Below are positions 11,253 to 23,628 of a stretch of 64,000 nt of DNA, piece by piece. The position numbers and the translations under genes were made by a program. The notes under the pieces were generated by a model. It was given only the letters and a program-made list of their open reading frames with translations, ran no database searches and was not told where the DNA came from. Source of the DNA: Shigella phage Sf20. Numbering within the stretch: position 1 is the stretch's first letter; each line of letters starts with the position of its first letter. The stretch lies in sequence record MF327006, one strand, 5' to 3'.

Positions 11253-12091
11253 TGGCACGACTTTCTAAACAAGAACAAAAATTACACGATCGGGTGATGG
11301 AGTTGATTAATTCAGATCGCCCATTGACATATGAAGAAAAAGAATTTTGCTATAATAACTATCATGGCGATGGTCTAGGCGGTTCAGGTGCATTCTTTAC
11401 CCCAGAAGGGCTTGCATGGGATTTTACCATCGATGCACATTGCACAGGAAAAGTATTAGATCTTTGTGCTGGGATCGGTCGCTTATCTTTTTGTATGTTA
11501 CATCGTTGTAAGCCAGAAAAGATCGTATGCGTCGAACTCAATCCAGAATTTGCGCGGATTGGCAAGCGACTATTACCGGAGGCAGAATGGATCACCAGCG
11601 ATGTATTCGAATTTGAGTCAACCGAAAAATTCGATGTGGTGATCAGCAATCCACCCTTCGGGAAAATCAATACAACCGACACAAAGGATGTATTTGAGTA
11701 CACTGGTGGCGAATTTGAATTTAAGGTTATGACATTAGGCCAGAAGTTTGCCGATGTAGGTTATTTTATTGTTCCTTCTGGTTCCGCTGGTTTTGCCTAT
11801 TCCGGCAGACCTTATTATGACGGGACCATGAAGTCTAATAAATATCTAAAATGGAGCAAACAAACTGGTTTGGTGACTTATGCCGGATGTGGGATCGATA
11901 CATCAATCTATCGCGATGAATGGCATAGTACCAGCGTTTTAACAGAAGTGGTTGAGGTTCGGTATTACGAGAAAGAAGCCGTAGAAGCGCCTAAATCACG
12001 TCCTAACGAACAAATAGAAGAAAGTAAGGAGATTACCTTACCGAAACAGGAAAGCGAGTCTGGGACGCTCTCAGATTTGTTTGACATTTAA
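11252..12091 (+). CDS. SAM-dependent amino-methyltransferase (NPPF motif; putative N6-adenine or N4-cytosine DNA MTase), 279 aa
   Basis: Motif I VLDLCAGIGR and motif IV VISNPPFG in gamma-class order; start overlaps upstream stop (TAATG). Confidence 0.55.
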   Translation: MARLSKQEQKLHDRVMELINSDRPLTYEEKEFCYNNYHGDGLGGSGAFFTPEGLAWDFTIDAHCTGKVLDLCAGIGRLSFCMLHRCKPEKIVCVELNPEFARIGKRLLPEAEWITSDVFEFESTEKFDVVISNPPFGKINTTDTKDVFEYTGGEFEFKVMTLGQKFADVGYFIVPSGSAGFAYSGRPYYDGTMKSNKYLKWSKQTGLVTYAGCGIDTSIYRDEWHSTSVLTEVVEVRYYEKEAVEAPKSRPNEQIEESKEITLPKQESESGTLSDLFDI

Positions 12092-12095
12092 TTAT

Positions 12096-12123
12096 AAGCC
12101 GTCCTTGTGGGCGGCTTTTTTGT
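12096..12123 (+). terminator. rho-independent terminator after the MTase cassette
   Basis: Hairpin AAGCCGTCC-ttgt-GGGCGGCTT followed by TTTTTTG. Confidence 0.65.
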
Positions 12124-12131
12124 ATGTATTT

Positions 12132-12139
12132 TATAAATA
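12132..12139 (+). promoter_or_regulatory. T4-type late promoter core TATAAATA upstream of gene 9
   Basis: Exact TATAAATA 28 nt upstream of ATG 12167. Confidence 0.6.
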
Positions 12140-12166
12140 ATACATCATAACATGAGGAATTAAACA

Positions 12167-13021
12167 ATGGCACAAGTTCCAAAGAAAAGAATAGACACAG
12201 GTACTGTCGGCAATCCATCGACTGGCGATATCTTATATGATGGCGGTAATAAAATTAACGATAACTTTGACTCAATATATGACGCATTTGCCGATCAGCG
12301 GTTTAAAGACGTAGACCACGGCGTGGGAAGAATGGTTATTCATGCAACCGGATACTATCAGAAGCATCCACGTCAAAGCTACGCGGGTTCCGCTGTTGAG
12401 ATTGGGAGTCTACACGATATCGATACAACTCAAGGAGCACTTATTGCTATTCTACCTAAAGCAAAAGTCGGCGAGGGTGTTGTATTCATAAATAGTAACG
12501 GTAGCCTTTCAACGACGACACCGCTCAATATTCGAACTCAAGCAGGTGATTCTATTAGCGGGTATTCCGGTGATGCTACAATAACACAACCATTTTCAAA
12601 AGTCACTGTTTGGTGTACTGCCGTTGAAGGTAGTCGCGTAACATGGCGATTGGGTATCGAAAGTATGTTTACCGATACAACAACGCCATTAGATAAAACA
12701 GTTAACGTAACTGGAGTAGCAACAAACGTTGCTATTGCCGCAAAAACAGAATACGTTTCCATCAAATTATTAACTACCGCTAGCAATACATCCGGTTCAA
12801 AAATGCGTTCAAGTGAAACGCTACTGATGATTGATTCTAAAGCCGGAAAAGTTTATGCGACGGAATATGCAGTTTTGCAGAAGACAGAAGATGAACTATA
12901 CACGGTTCGTTATTTCATCGGTTCCGGCGATAAAGTATATGCAGAGTATAAGGCTACTGGCGAAAATATTCGTTTAGCAGTTAAAGCCGTAGACACTATT
13001 AAAATCGGGGTTGCTACATGA
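12167..13021 (+). CDS. 9: baseplate wedge / long tail fiber connector gp9, 284 aa
   Basis: N-terminus PKKRIDTGTVGNPSTGDILYDGGNKIN matches remembered T4 gp9 N-terminus. Confidence 0.85.
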   Translation: MAQVPKKRIDTGTVGNPSTGDILYDGGNKINDNFDSIYDAFADQRFKDVDHGVGRMVIHATGYYQKHPRQSYAGSAVEIGSLHDIDTTQGALIAILPKAKVGEGVVFINSNGSLSTTTPLNIRTQAGDSISGYSGDATITQPFSKVTVWCTAVEGSRVTWRLGIESMFTDTTTPLDKTVNVTGVATNVAIAAKTEYVSIKLLTTASNTSGSKMRSSETLLMIDSKAGKVYATEYAVLQKTEDELYTVRYFIGSGDKVYAEYKATGENIRLAVKAVDTIKIGVAT

Positions 13022-14820
13022 AACAATTAATTAATATCGGTAACGTTGTTGATGACGGTACAGGTGATTATCTAAGAAAAGGCGGTCAAAAGATTAATGA
13101 CAACTTTTCTGAACTTTATACTAAGCTGGGGGATGGTGATATCCCTCATGCATCCGGCGCGTGGAAAACTCACACACAACCAGTATTAAAACCAAATTTT
13201 GGTGATGCATGGGCGATTAATACAACGAACAACGCTGTTTCTGTTGAATTGCCTAAAGGAAGCGCGAGCGATTATAATAAAACAATTAAACTTCGTGATG
13301 TTTGGCGCTCATGGGCTGCACATAACGTAACGTTGAAGCCAGCACAAGGTGATACCATTAAGGGATCTCCAATCGACCGTGAGTTGTATAAAGATTTCAT
13401 GGATGTTGAATTGGTTTATTGTGCGCCTGGACGTTGGGAATATGTCGAAAATAAACGAGTAGATACTATCACCACTTCCGATTTAAGCACAGTCGCTAAG
13501 GAAGTTTATATTGCAACCGAAGGACAAACAGACTTCCCTAATGTGTTTGGTTCCAATACTTACAATATTCGAAATGTTGAAGTGTATTATCGCGGTAACT
13601 TGCTTTATTATGGCAAGGATTTAACCGATGATTCTAACTATGGTTCAATCGGTGAAAACGGTGATATTGTTCCTCTTGACGGTAAAAGCATTAAATTACG
13701 CTTCCCTTGTTCGGCTGGTGATACCATTCAAATCATCACTTATATGGACGGTATCGCATCCTTCCGGTCAAGCTATATTACTCATACAATCCGCGTTTAT
13801 GAAACAGGAATGACCACTTTGGAATCCATCCCCGGTGAAGTTTGGGTTGGTGAACTCGCTAATAAGAAAGAATTTACTAATGCTGAATTAGGCGTAAGTA
13901 AGCGAGATCTTATTAATCCAAATTCATTTGAATTGCTGATCAACGGCACACAAATGATTAAAGCGGGTGATGCGGATTTACCTTCCTTTATTTGTGAAGG
14001 TGCTGACGGTGAAACGGAAGAAACCTGCGTACTTGCTGGCGGTCAATGGGTGGAATCTGGGGAAGATTATTCATTGATGTTCGACGAAAACAGCGTGGTG
14101 ACTGGCATTAAATTATCTAAAGCACTAGATAACCGAGATACTATCACAATTCGCTGGTTTAATAATGATATCGGAACATTAATGGAATGGGACGGTGTAG
14201 GCGGTATTAAAGAAAAAGCAGATAAAATCTATCTTAATAACGAAGATGAAGTTACTCTGACAAATCGAATTGAATATACCGATTTCCAAAATCCAAGCCA
14301 AGCGACTAAACGCCCAATGGAAGATTATACAGGTCGTGTGATGGATATCTATTCCATATTCGATATTTTCTATCCTATAGGCACAATTTATGAAAATGCG
14401 CATAACCCAGCTAACCCAGCGACCTATATGGGATTTGGTACATGGGTACGTTATGCAGAAAAAGAATTTTTAGTTGGTTGGTCTTCTGACGCAAGCGATC
14501 AAAACTTCGCACTAAACAACAACGATCTTGATACACATGGTCAACCTACACACACCGCAGGTGGTAATGGTGGTGATGTTGCATACCAGATCAAGAAAAA
14601 TATGATTCCTGAATTACAGAGCGACGATCGAGTTCTTGTAAAAGATGATAACGGAAATATTATTATCGGTGGTTGTCAGGTAGACCCTGATGCAGTAGGT
14701 CCAGCGTTTACCAAATATCGCGAAGATAATGTTAAAGTTAATCAGGGAAATACCGACCCGTCAATGATTGGTATTCTTCCTCCATATAGAACTGTCTATC
14801 GTTGGCTAAGGGTAGGTTAA
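13018..14820 (+). CDS. 10: baseplate wedge subunit and tail pin gp10, 600 aa
   Basis: Size (T4 gp10 about 602 aa), synteny. Confidence 0.8.
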   Translation: MKQLINIGNVVDDGTGDYLRKGGQKINDNFSELYTKLGDGDIPHASGAWKTHTQPVLKPNFGDAWAINTTNNAVSVELPKGSASDYNKTIKLRDVWRSWAAHNVTLKPAQGDTIKGSPIDRELYKDFMDVELVYCAPGRWEYVENKRVDTITTSDLSTVAKEVYIATEGQTDFPNVFGSNTYNIRNVEVYYRGNLLYYGKDLTDDSNYGSIGENGDIVPLDGKSIKLRFPCSAGDTIQIITYMDGIASFRSSYITHTIRVYETGMTTLESIPGEVWVGELANKKEFTNAELGVSKRDLINPNSFELLINGTQMIKAGDADLPSFICEGADGETEETCVLAGGQWVESGEDYSLMFDENSVVTGIKLSKALDNRDTITIRWFNNDIGTLMEWDGVGGIKEKADKIYLNNEDEVTLTNRIEYTDFQNPSQATKRPMEDYTGRVMDIYSIFDIFYPIGTIYENAHNPANPATYMGFGTWVRYAEKEFLVGWSSDASDQNFALNNNDLDTHGQPTHTAGGNGGDVAYQIKKNMIPELQSDDRVLVKDDNGNIIIGGCQVDPDAVGPAFTKYREDNVKVNQGNTDPSMIGILPPYRTVYRWLRVG

Positions 14821-14821
14821 T

Positions 14822-15466
14822 ATGATTTCTAAAACACGTTCAAAAGCTAGTGTATTTTCCAGCGATGCGGCGTTTATTTCATACGATCCAGGATCGAAAG
14901 ATCCTGTTATCGGTGGTTCTCGTCCAATTGGTGGCGTTAATGTCGATCAATCAAGAAAAGGTTCCTATGTAAACAACGTTCAATCTGCAATTGATGACCT
15001 TTATTCATTGTCAATGATCCGAATTGGTGATGTGTTGGTTACAACCAACTCAACTCCACCACAAGCCGCAGGACAGATTGAAACTCTGTCATTTTCTGGT
15101 TCTGTTAACAATCAGCATAATCCAGACGCAAACAAAGTATTAATTGATGTTTTGGGTTATCCATTTATTGTTGATGTTGGGTCTTCCGGCGTTTCTCTAT
15201 GTGAGAAAGTAACGGAAAAATTTACCGAACTAATGAATAAAAACATTATGTTCAAAGAAGTAAAAAGAAAAGGAAGTAGCAACGACCAATTAGAAATTCA
15301 TTATATCGATTCTCTTGAACACCCACCAACCGATATTAACAAGTACGGAATTACAATCACAGGAAATGTTGATTCTCCTGCTCGTGTTGGTTATGGTTCA
15401 TGGTCTCGAATGGGTACAGAAGAGAAATTTGGAACTACCCTATATTATTTCAAACGTATTGCATAA
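14822..15466 (+). CDS. 11: baseplate wedge subunit gp11, 214 aa
   Basis: Size and synteny. Confidence 0.75.
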   Translation: MISKTRSKASVFSSDAAFISYDPGSKDPVIGGSRPIGGVNVDQSRKGSYVNNVQSAIDDLYSLSMIRIGDVLVTTNSTPPQAAGQIETLSFSGSVNNQHNPDANKVLIDVLGYPFIVDVGSSGVSLCEKVTEKFTELMNKNIMFKEVKRKGSSNDQLEIHYIDSLEHPPTDINKYGITITGNVDSPARVGYGSWSRMGTEEKFGTTLYYFKRIA

Positions 15467-15477
15467 GGTGATGTATA

Positions 15478-16878
15478 ATGGCAAACAATACTATTAACCA
15501 TGTAAAAGACGATGCTCAATACGTCAAGTTTAACCCTGTAAATGATTGGCCTCAAAGCATTACCAACGTACAAGCGGCTTTAGCCGCTATTAATGGCTTT
15601 GCCGTAAATGGATTACCGGACGCTACGGAAGATACAGCCGGGATCGCTGCAATCGCAACTCAGGAAGAAGTAAACGACGGCACTGTAGACAATAAGATCG
15701 TGACTCCAAAAACGCTAGCTGTTAAAATGTCACGTCCAGATGCTACAAAAGAAGTAAAAGGCATTACCCGATTTGCCACGATGGAAGAATCGCTGCAAGA
15801 GAGCAACGAGAACATGGCAATCGGTCCAGACACACTAAACCATTACTTCACCACTAAAAAGGCGTCAGAGAGCGTTCAGGGGACTATTAAGATATGTTCT
15901 CTTGAGGCGGCAAAGATTGGCAGTGATGACACAATGGCAGTAACACCGAAAAAGATGCACACTGCCATTGCACAGATTGTGCCGGGATTAATTCCAGATC
16001 AAAACACAGCAACCGAAAGCGCACAGGGTTTAGTTCAGTTAGCAACTAATGCGCAGGTTTTACAAGGCCAGATTCGAGAAGGTTTTGCAATTAGCCCTTA
16101 TGCATTTGCAAATGCTCGCGCCAATGAGAATCAGGCGGGTACTGTTAAGATCGCCAGCCAGTCACAGATGAATGCTGGTTCAGATGATACTGTAGTTGTT
16201 TCTGCTAAGAAGTTTGCAAGCACTAAGGCAACAACGTCTCAATACGGCATTGTTAAACTACGAGACACCGTAGGAAGTGAGGCTAACGCTGCACTATCAG
16301 CAAATGCTAAGGTTCTTCCTAGCACTGGCGGTACGGTAAGCGGAAACGTCTATAAAGGTTCAAACTCAGACGGCAACCAGTTTGTTACTAAAAATGAATT
16401 AGCGAATCACGCAATGCCAATTGGTGGTATTATCCTTTCTGGATTCAATGCCGATCGAGGTGACTTTCTGATCTGTAATGGTCGTTCACTGAATAAAAAT
16501 CAATATCCGCAATTATTTTCTGCGATTGGTTATACCTTTGGTGGTTCAGGTGACAATTTTAATCTTCCTGATATGCGCGGTTTAGTTGCTCGTGGTTGCG
16601 ATCATGGAAGAAACCTTGATCCAGGTCGTCGATTTGGTTCTTATCAAGAAGACGCAATGCAGAGAATTACTGGTAAATTCCCTGTAGCTGACCGCTGGCG
16701 CGGTTGGTATGGTGGCGCATTTACTGCACAGCGCGGTCAATGGAGCACGAACTATAAAAACGGTGGTGGTGATGATTGGGGTTCTACTGTTAACTTTGAT
16801 TCAGGAAGATCCGTAAGAACGGCTAACGAGACTCGCGTCAAGAGTCTGGCATTAAACTATATCATAAGGGTGCGCTAA
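15478..16878 (+). CDS. 12: short tail fiber gp12, 466 aa
   Basis: Repetitive Ala/Thr/Gly-rich fiber sequence, synteny. Confidence 0.8.
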   Translation: MANNTINHVKDDAQYVKFNPVNDWPQSITNVQAALAAINGFAVNGLPDATEDTAGIAAIATQEEVNDGTVDNKIVTPKTLAVKMSRPDATKEVKGITRFATMEESLQESNENMAIGPDTLNHYFTTKKASESVQGTIKICSLEAAKIGSDDTMAVTPKKMHTAIAQIVPGLIPDQNTATESAQGLVQLATNAQVLQGQIREGFAISPYAFANARANENQAGTVKIASQSQMNAGSDDTVVVSAKKFASTKATTSQYGIVKLRDTVGSEANAALSANAKVLPSTGGTVSGNVYKGSNSDGNQFVTKNELANHAMPIGGIILSGFNADRGDFLICNGRSLNKNQYPQLFSAIGYTFGGSGDNFNLPDMRGLVARGCDHGRNLDPGRRFGSYQEDAMQRITGKFPVADRWRGWYGGAFTAQRGQWSTNYKNGGGDDWGSTVNFDSGRSVRTANETRVKSLALNYIIRVR

Positions 16879-18647
16879 TGATTGAACAATTAAACATCCA
16901 CGAGATCCCACATGTTGACGGTGTACCAGGCGAAGGACAGCACCGTATTATTTGGATCAAGAATGGCGAATGTTTAAGCGCAGCAACGACACAGACTGGC
17001 AATGACGGGACGCTTAACCGCGCCCCGGTTGCAATTCAAGAAAACGTTGCACGCGTAAACGAAAACGCAAAATCAACCGTCGCTAAAGTTAACGAGGTTG
17101 TAACGGCGGTTAACGATATTAAAACAACTTTAGGGGTAATTTCTGACGGAAGTATCATTGATGTGGTTAACCAGACTGTCGCAAAAGTTGAATCCGTCGA
17201 AGAGAACTTAGGAGAAACAGCAAGAACTCTGCAAACAACGGTAGACGCTGTATCAGAACTTAACATCAAGATTGGTGATCGCCCCGCTGCCGATCCGAGC
17301 ACAAGAACAATCTATGATGACATTTCTTTCATCAAACAAGAAATGGGTTCTTATCCTAACTTTAATATCAATGGTTCCCCGGATGCTGGCAGTTCCGGTT
17401 CTGGCATCAAATACCGAGTTATTCAGAATACCGCAGCATTAAATGACCACGGTCGCCGAATCGTTCAGCTTGAAAACGACTGGCAAGATTCTGACGTAGG
17501 CGAGTTAACAAGACAAGTTAACAAAATGCGCAGTGAGATCGGCGACACGTCTCTTGCAACACAAGAAAATGTGTATGTTCGTCTCCGCACCAACGCAAGA
17601 AACATTGCTAACTTATCAAACGAAGTTCTAGAAGTCAAGAAAGCAATTTTGTTTGATTCAATCCCTGATATCGGGACTAAAGTCACTACGCTGGGAACTA
17701 ATTATGAACGTCTAAACAATGATGTTAATGGTGTAGATTCCGGTATTCGTCCTCGTCTTCTGGCTGTCGAGAATAAGATCGGAACGCCTCAATCGGCTGG
17801 AAGCATTGATTATCGATTAACCAACACAGAGCGAGAATTTTTAGATCTTAAACAGGTTGTTGGTGTAAGCGGTGCTGACGGTTTGCGCGGTGAAGTTGTT
17901 CGACTTTCCAATGAGATTGGCACTGACAGCGATCGACATACTCTAGCCGGACGTCTTAAAGTTGTAGAAAACACTCAGGGTCGGTTAGAAGCAAGCGTAC
18001 AGGACATGGAACAGATTGTAGGTGATCGCGAATCAGGTTTGACCGCTGGCGTTATTAAACTATCAAGTGATATCTATGGCGATGATGGTTCAGAAGATCC
18101 ATTTACTCAGAAAGGCGTGATTAAAATCGTCAAAGAGCTACAAACATCTAACGGAAACAAAGTAGATGATGTACCTGATGACGGTTTCCATTATCTGCGT
18201 AAGCGCGGAGAATGGGTGCAAGTTGCATATGCTGCTGGAGCATTTAAAAATACCGCAGATATTACGGTTGAACTTGACGAACAGGATGTTTATAAACCGA
18301 TTCCGCTTAACGACATGGCGGAAGAAGTTAATGCTCGTCAAATGGTGAAAAGTGAATCTGTTGTTACCGTTCAGGACAAAGGTTTATTCCGTTGTGTATT
18401 CCGTTGTGATGTACAAGCTCAACATAATGCAACATTCATTGTTGCGATTTTCAAAAATGGACAGATGGTACATGAAGCGAAAAATGGTCATTACGGAACA
18501 GACGAATTGATCAGCTATTCTACCAGTGCTTTCCTAAATATTGAAACGGGAGATCAGATTAACATCCGTATTAAGGGTGTATCTGCCGAAGCAGTAGCAC
18601 AGCCAGTACAAATTAAAGAGTTCCTCTTTGGGATTTCTCCGGTATAA
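16878..18647 (+). CDS. wac: fibritin (wac) with C-terminal extension domain, 589 aa
   Basis: N-terminus IPHVDGVPGEGQHRIIWIKNG like T4 fibritin; coiled-coil body; foldon-like GFHYLRKRGEWVQV followed by extra ~140 aa. Confidence 0.8.
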   Translation: MIEQLNIHEIPHVDGVPGEGQHRIIWIKNGECLSAATTQTGNDGTLNRAPVAIQENVARVNENAKSTVAKVNEVVTAVNDIKTTLGVISDGSIIDVVNQTVAKVESVEENLGETARTLQTTVDAVSELNIKIGDRPAADPSTRTIYDDISFIKQEMGSYPNFNINGSPDAGSSGSGIKYRVIQNTAALNDHGRRIVQLENDWQDSDVGELTRQVNKMRSEIGDTSLATQENVYVRLRTNARNIANLSNEVLEVKKAILFDSIPDIGTKVTTLGTNYERLNNDVNGVDSGIRPRLLAVENKIGTPQSAGSIDYRLTNTEREFLDLKQVVGVSGADGLRGEVVRLSNEIGTDSDRHTLAGRLKVVENTQGRLEASVQDMEQIVGDRESGLTAGVIKLSSDIYGDDGSEDPFTQKGVIKIVKELQTSNGNKVDDVPDDGFHYLRKRGEWVQVAYAAGAFKNTADITVELDEQDVYKPIPLNDMAEEVNARQMVKSESVVTVQDKGLFRCVFRCDVQAQHNATFIVAIFKNGQMVHEAKNGHYGTDELISYSTSAFLNIETGDQINIRIKGVSAEAVAQPVQIKEFLFGISPV

Positions 18648-18656
18648 GAAATTAAA

Positions 18657-18680
18657 GGGGCGTTAAGCCCCTTTTTCGTT
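18657..18680 (+). terminator. rho-independent terminator after wac
   Basis: Hairpin GGGGC-gttaa-GCCCC followed by TTTTT. Confidence 0.65.
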
Positions 18681-18693
18681 TATAGGTGATATT

Positions 18694-19626
18694 ATGTCAG
18701 GATATGTAACCAATAACCCAAGAGAATTAAAAGACGCTATTCTGCGTCGTTTAGGCGCACCAGTAATTAACGTAGAAGTAACAGAAGACCAGATTTACGA
18801 TTGTATTCAGAGAGCATTAGAACTCTATGGGGAATATCATTTCGATGGTGTGAATAAAGGATATAAAGTATTTCGTGTTAGTGCCGAGCAAGCGCAACAC
18901 GGGGTATTTGATTTAAGCGATTCTGGAGTATTCGCAGTAACTAAAATAATTCGAACAAACGTAGGTAGCGCGGCTACGATGGATGGTACTGCCGTTTATC
19001 CGTGGTTTACTGACTTTCTGTTGGGTTTAGCGGGTGTAAATGGCGGTTTAGGATCTGGCTGTAGTAAATTTTATGGTCCAAATGCAATGGGTGGTGATCT
19101 AGGATATTTCGAACAGCTTATGAGCTATAGAGCCACTATGCAAAATATGCTCAATCCGCTGCCAGATTATTGGTATAACAGCGCAAACGGACAACTTAAG
19201 ATAACAGGAAACTTCCGAGAAGGTGATCTCATTGTTGTTGAATTATATGTTAAAAGCTATGTAGACGTTCCTGATATGATCGGCGCGGTTGCTGGTTATG
19301 CTCATGCGGGAGGATGTTCTACCGCTGGCGGGATTAGCGCCGTTTATGATAATCCAACTGCTGGTTTAAGCGGGATTGTTGCTGGCATGGGACCGATCAG
19401 TGAGAACAAGCAGGGCGCATATAATAACCGTTGGGTTAAAGACATGGCAACCGCTTTCACTAAGGAGGTGTGGGGGTCCATCATGGCTAAACATCAAGGT
19501 CTGCAATTACCCGGCGGTGTCACTGTTGATGGTATCCGAATCATTGAAGAAGCACGCGCCGACATTGAGAAATTGCGACAAGAACTAGAATTATTAGATC
19601 CTCCGTTCGGCATCCTCATGATTTGA
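18694..19626 (+). CDS. 13: neck protein gp13, 310 aa
   Basis: Size and synteny. Confidence 0.8.
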   Translation: MSGYVTNNPRELKDAILRRLGAPVINVEVTEDQIYDCIQRALELYGEYHFDGVNKGYKVFRVSAEQAQHGVFDLSDSGVFAVTKIIRTNVGSAATMDGTAVYPWFTDFLLGLAGVNGGLGSGCSKFYGPNAMGGDLGYFEQLMSYRATMQNMLNPLPDYWYNSANGQLKITGNFREGDLIVVELYVKSYVDVPDMIGAVAGYAHAGGCSTAGGISAVYDNPTAGLSGIVAGMGPISENKQGAYNNRWVKDMATAFTKEVWGSIMAKHQGLQLPGGVTVDGIRIIEEARADIEKLRQELELLDPPFGILMI

Positions 19627-19662
19627 TTTATTGGGGGAGTATTCCCCCATTTGGAGTAACAT

Positions 19663-20403
19663 ATGTTTAACAACACTCTTTTTGCTCGCCTTGAATCGCA
19701 AAAGGATTATGAGAATACACGACAAACCGAGATTCTCAATCCTTACGTAAATTTCAACCGTCATACAAACACCCAGACGTTAGCCGACGTTATGGTCGCC
19801 GAAGCTATTCAGATGCGAGGTGTAGAATTATATTACATCCCTCGTGAATTTGTCAAACCAGATATGATCTTTGGTGAGGATGTTCAAAGCAAATTTACTA
19901 AAGCATGGAAATTTGCGGCTTATATTAACTCATTTGATGGGTATGAAGGAGCGGGTAATTTCTTCTCTAGTTTCGGGTATCAAGCTAATGATGAATTAAC
20001 TTTTACGGTTAACCCCAACCTATTCAAGCATCAAGTAGATGATCAAGAGCCAAAATCAGGTGACTTAATTTATATTCCAATGAGTAATGATCTCTTTGAA
20101 ATCAATTACGTCGAGCCATATCAGCCGTTTTTTCAGGCTGGCAAAAATGCCATGCGTAAAATTATTGCAGAGAAATTCGTGTATAGCGGTGAGGAATTGC
20201 GACCAGAATTACAACGCAATGAGGGAATTAATGTTGATGAGTTTGCGGATCTGGATCTTGCACCGATCACTAATCTGGACGGGTTAACAGATATCAACTT
20301 AGATCAGTACAAAGAAGATAAGCAATTCAGAAGCGAAGGACAAGATTTTATTGATCCGTTTGATCCTATTAATGGCAAGGGTTCACCTTTCGCCGATTTT
20401 TGA
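19663..20403 (+). CDS. 14: neck protein gp14, 246 aa
   Basis: Size and synteny. Confidence 0.8.
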   Translation: MFNNTLFARLESQKDYENTRQTEILNPYVNFNRHTNTQTLADVMVAEAIQMRGVELYYIPREFVKPDMIFGEDVQSKFTKAWKFAAYINSFDGYEGAGNFFSSFGYQANDELTFTVNPNLFKHQVDDQEPKSGDLIYIPMSNDLFEINYVEPYQPFFQAGKNAMRKIIAEKFVYSGEELRPELQRNEGINVDEFADLDLAPITNLDGLTDINLDQYKEDKQFRSEGQDFIDPFDPINGKGSPFADF

Positions 20404-20429
20404 TAAATACTCATAAACAAGGGGGTCAA

Positions 20430-21263
20430 ATGTTCGGTTGGCACTATAATTCGTCAATTAGACGGTATATTGTATTGCTGGGTAATTTATTCTCCGGCGT
20501 ACAAATTAAAAGGGTGCGTAGTGACGGTGAGCGGTTTATTAAAGTTCCTATCACCTACGCAAAGAAAGAAAAATTCATGATGAGTCTGGACAAATATAAC
20601 AATATCTCAAGTGAGGAAGACGTAGCAAAGGTAGAAACTATTTTACCGCGTATGTGTCTTTCTTTGATTGATATGACATACGCCCAGAACTTTAAAACCA
20701 ATATTGCAAATAAGACAGTACCAAAATATACGGCTGATGGAATCAGGAGCGTAACACAATATAATCCTGTACCATATAAGTTTACTTTCGAGTTAGGGAT
20801 TTATACGCGTAACGAAGATGATATGTTTCAAATAATTGAACAGATTCTTCCTTACTTCCAGCCTCATTTTAACTGTAAGATTAAAGAACTACACGGTAAT
20901 GATGTATGGATTGATCGAGATATTCAGGTCACAATTAGTTCTATTACTCCAGATGAACAGGTAGGCGAAGATAAGTTTTCTCGTCGTCGTCTTGAGTGGA
21001 CCATTATGTTCGAATTTATCGGGTTTATATATCCTCCAGCTACCGACGTTAAGGGGGAAATCAGAACGATTTATCTTGATTTTCATGCCAATTCTCGTGA
21101 ATTGAATCCTAGCGGTAATTTTGAATCAGTGGATCACGAGGTCGTTAAACGTGACGTCGAGCAAGAAGATTGGGACGGAACTATCAAAGAATCATATTCT
21201 AGTGATATTCCAATACCAGTTGCACCGACTCCACCGGGTCCACGTAGTGTAAGAGAATTTTAA
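20430..21263 (+). CDS. 15: tail sheath stabilizer / tail completion gp15, 277 aa
   Basis: Starts MFGWHYNSSIRRY (T4 gp15 starts MFGYFYNSS as remembered); RBS AAGGGGG; ORF-track TTG extension trimmed. Confidence 0.85.
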   Translation: MFGWHYNSSIRRYIVLLGNLFSGVQIKRVRSDGERFIKVPITYAKKEKFMMSLDKYNNISSEEDVAKVETILPRMCLSLIDMTYAQNFKTNIANKTVPKYTADGIRSVTQYNPVPYKFTFELGIYTRNEDDMFQIIEQILPYFQPHFNCKIKELHGNDVWIDRDIQVTISSITPDEQVGEDKFSRRRLEWTIMFEFIGFIYPPATDVKGEIRTIYLDFHANSRELNPSGNFESVDHEVVKRDVEQEDWDGTIKESYSSDIPIPVAPTPPGPRSVREF

Positions 21264-21276
21264 GAGGTAATTTATT

Positions 21277-23594
<2,318 letters not shown>

Positions 23595-23628
23595 ATACGA
23601 TAATGCATAAAAAGATGAGGAAATTCTA

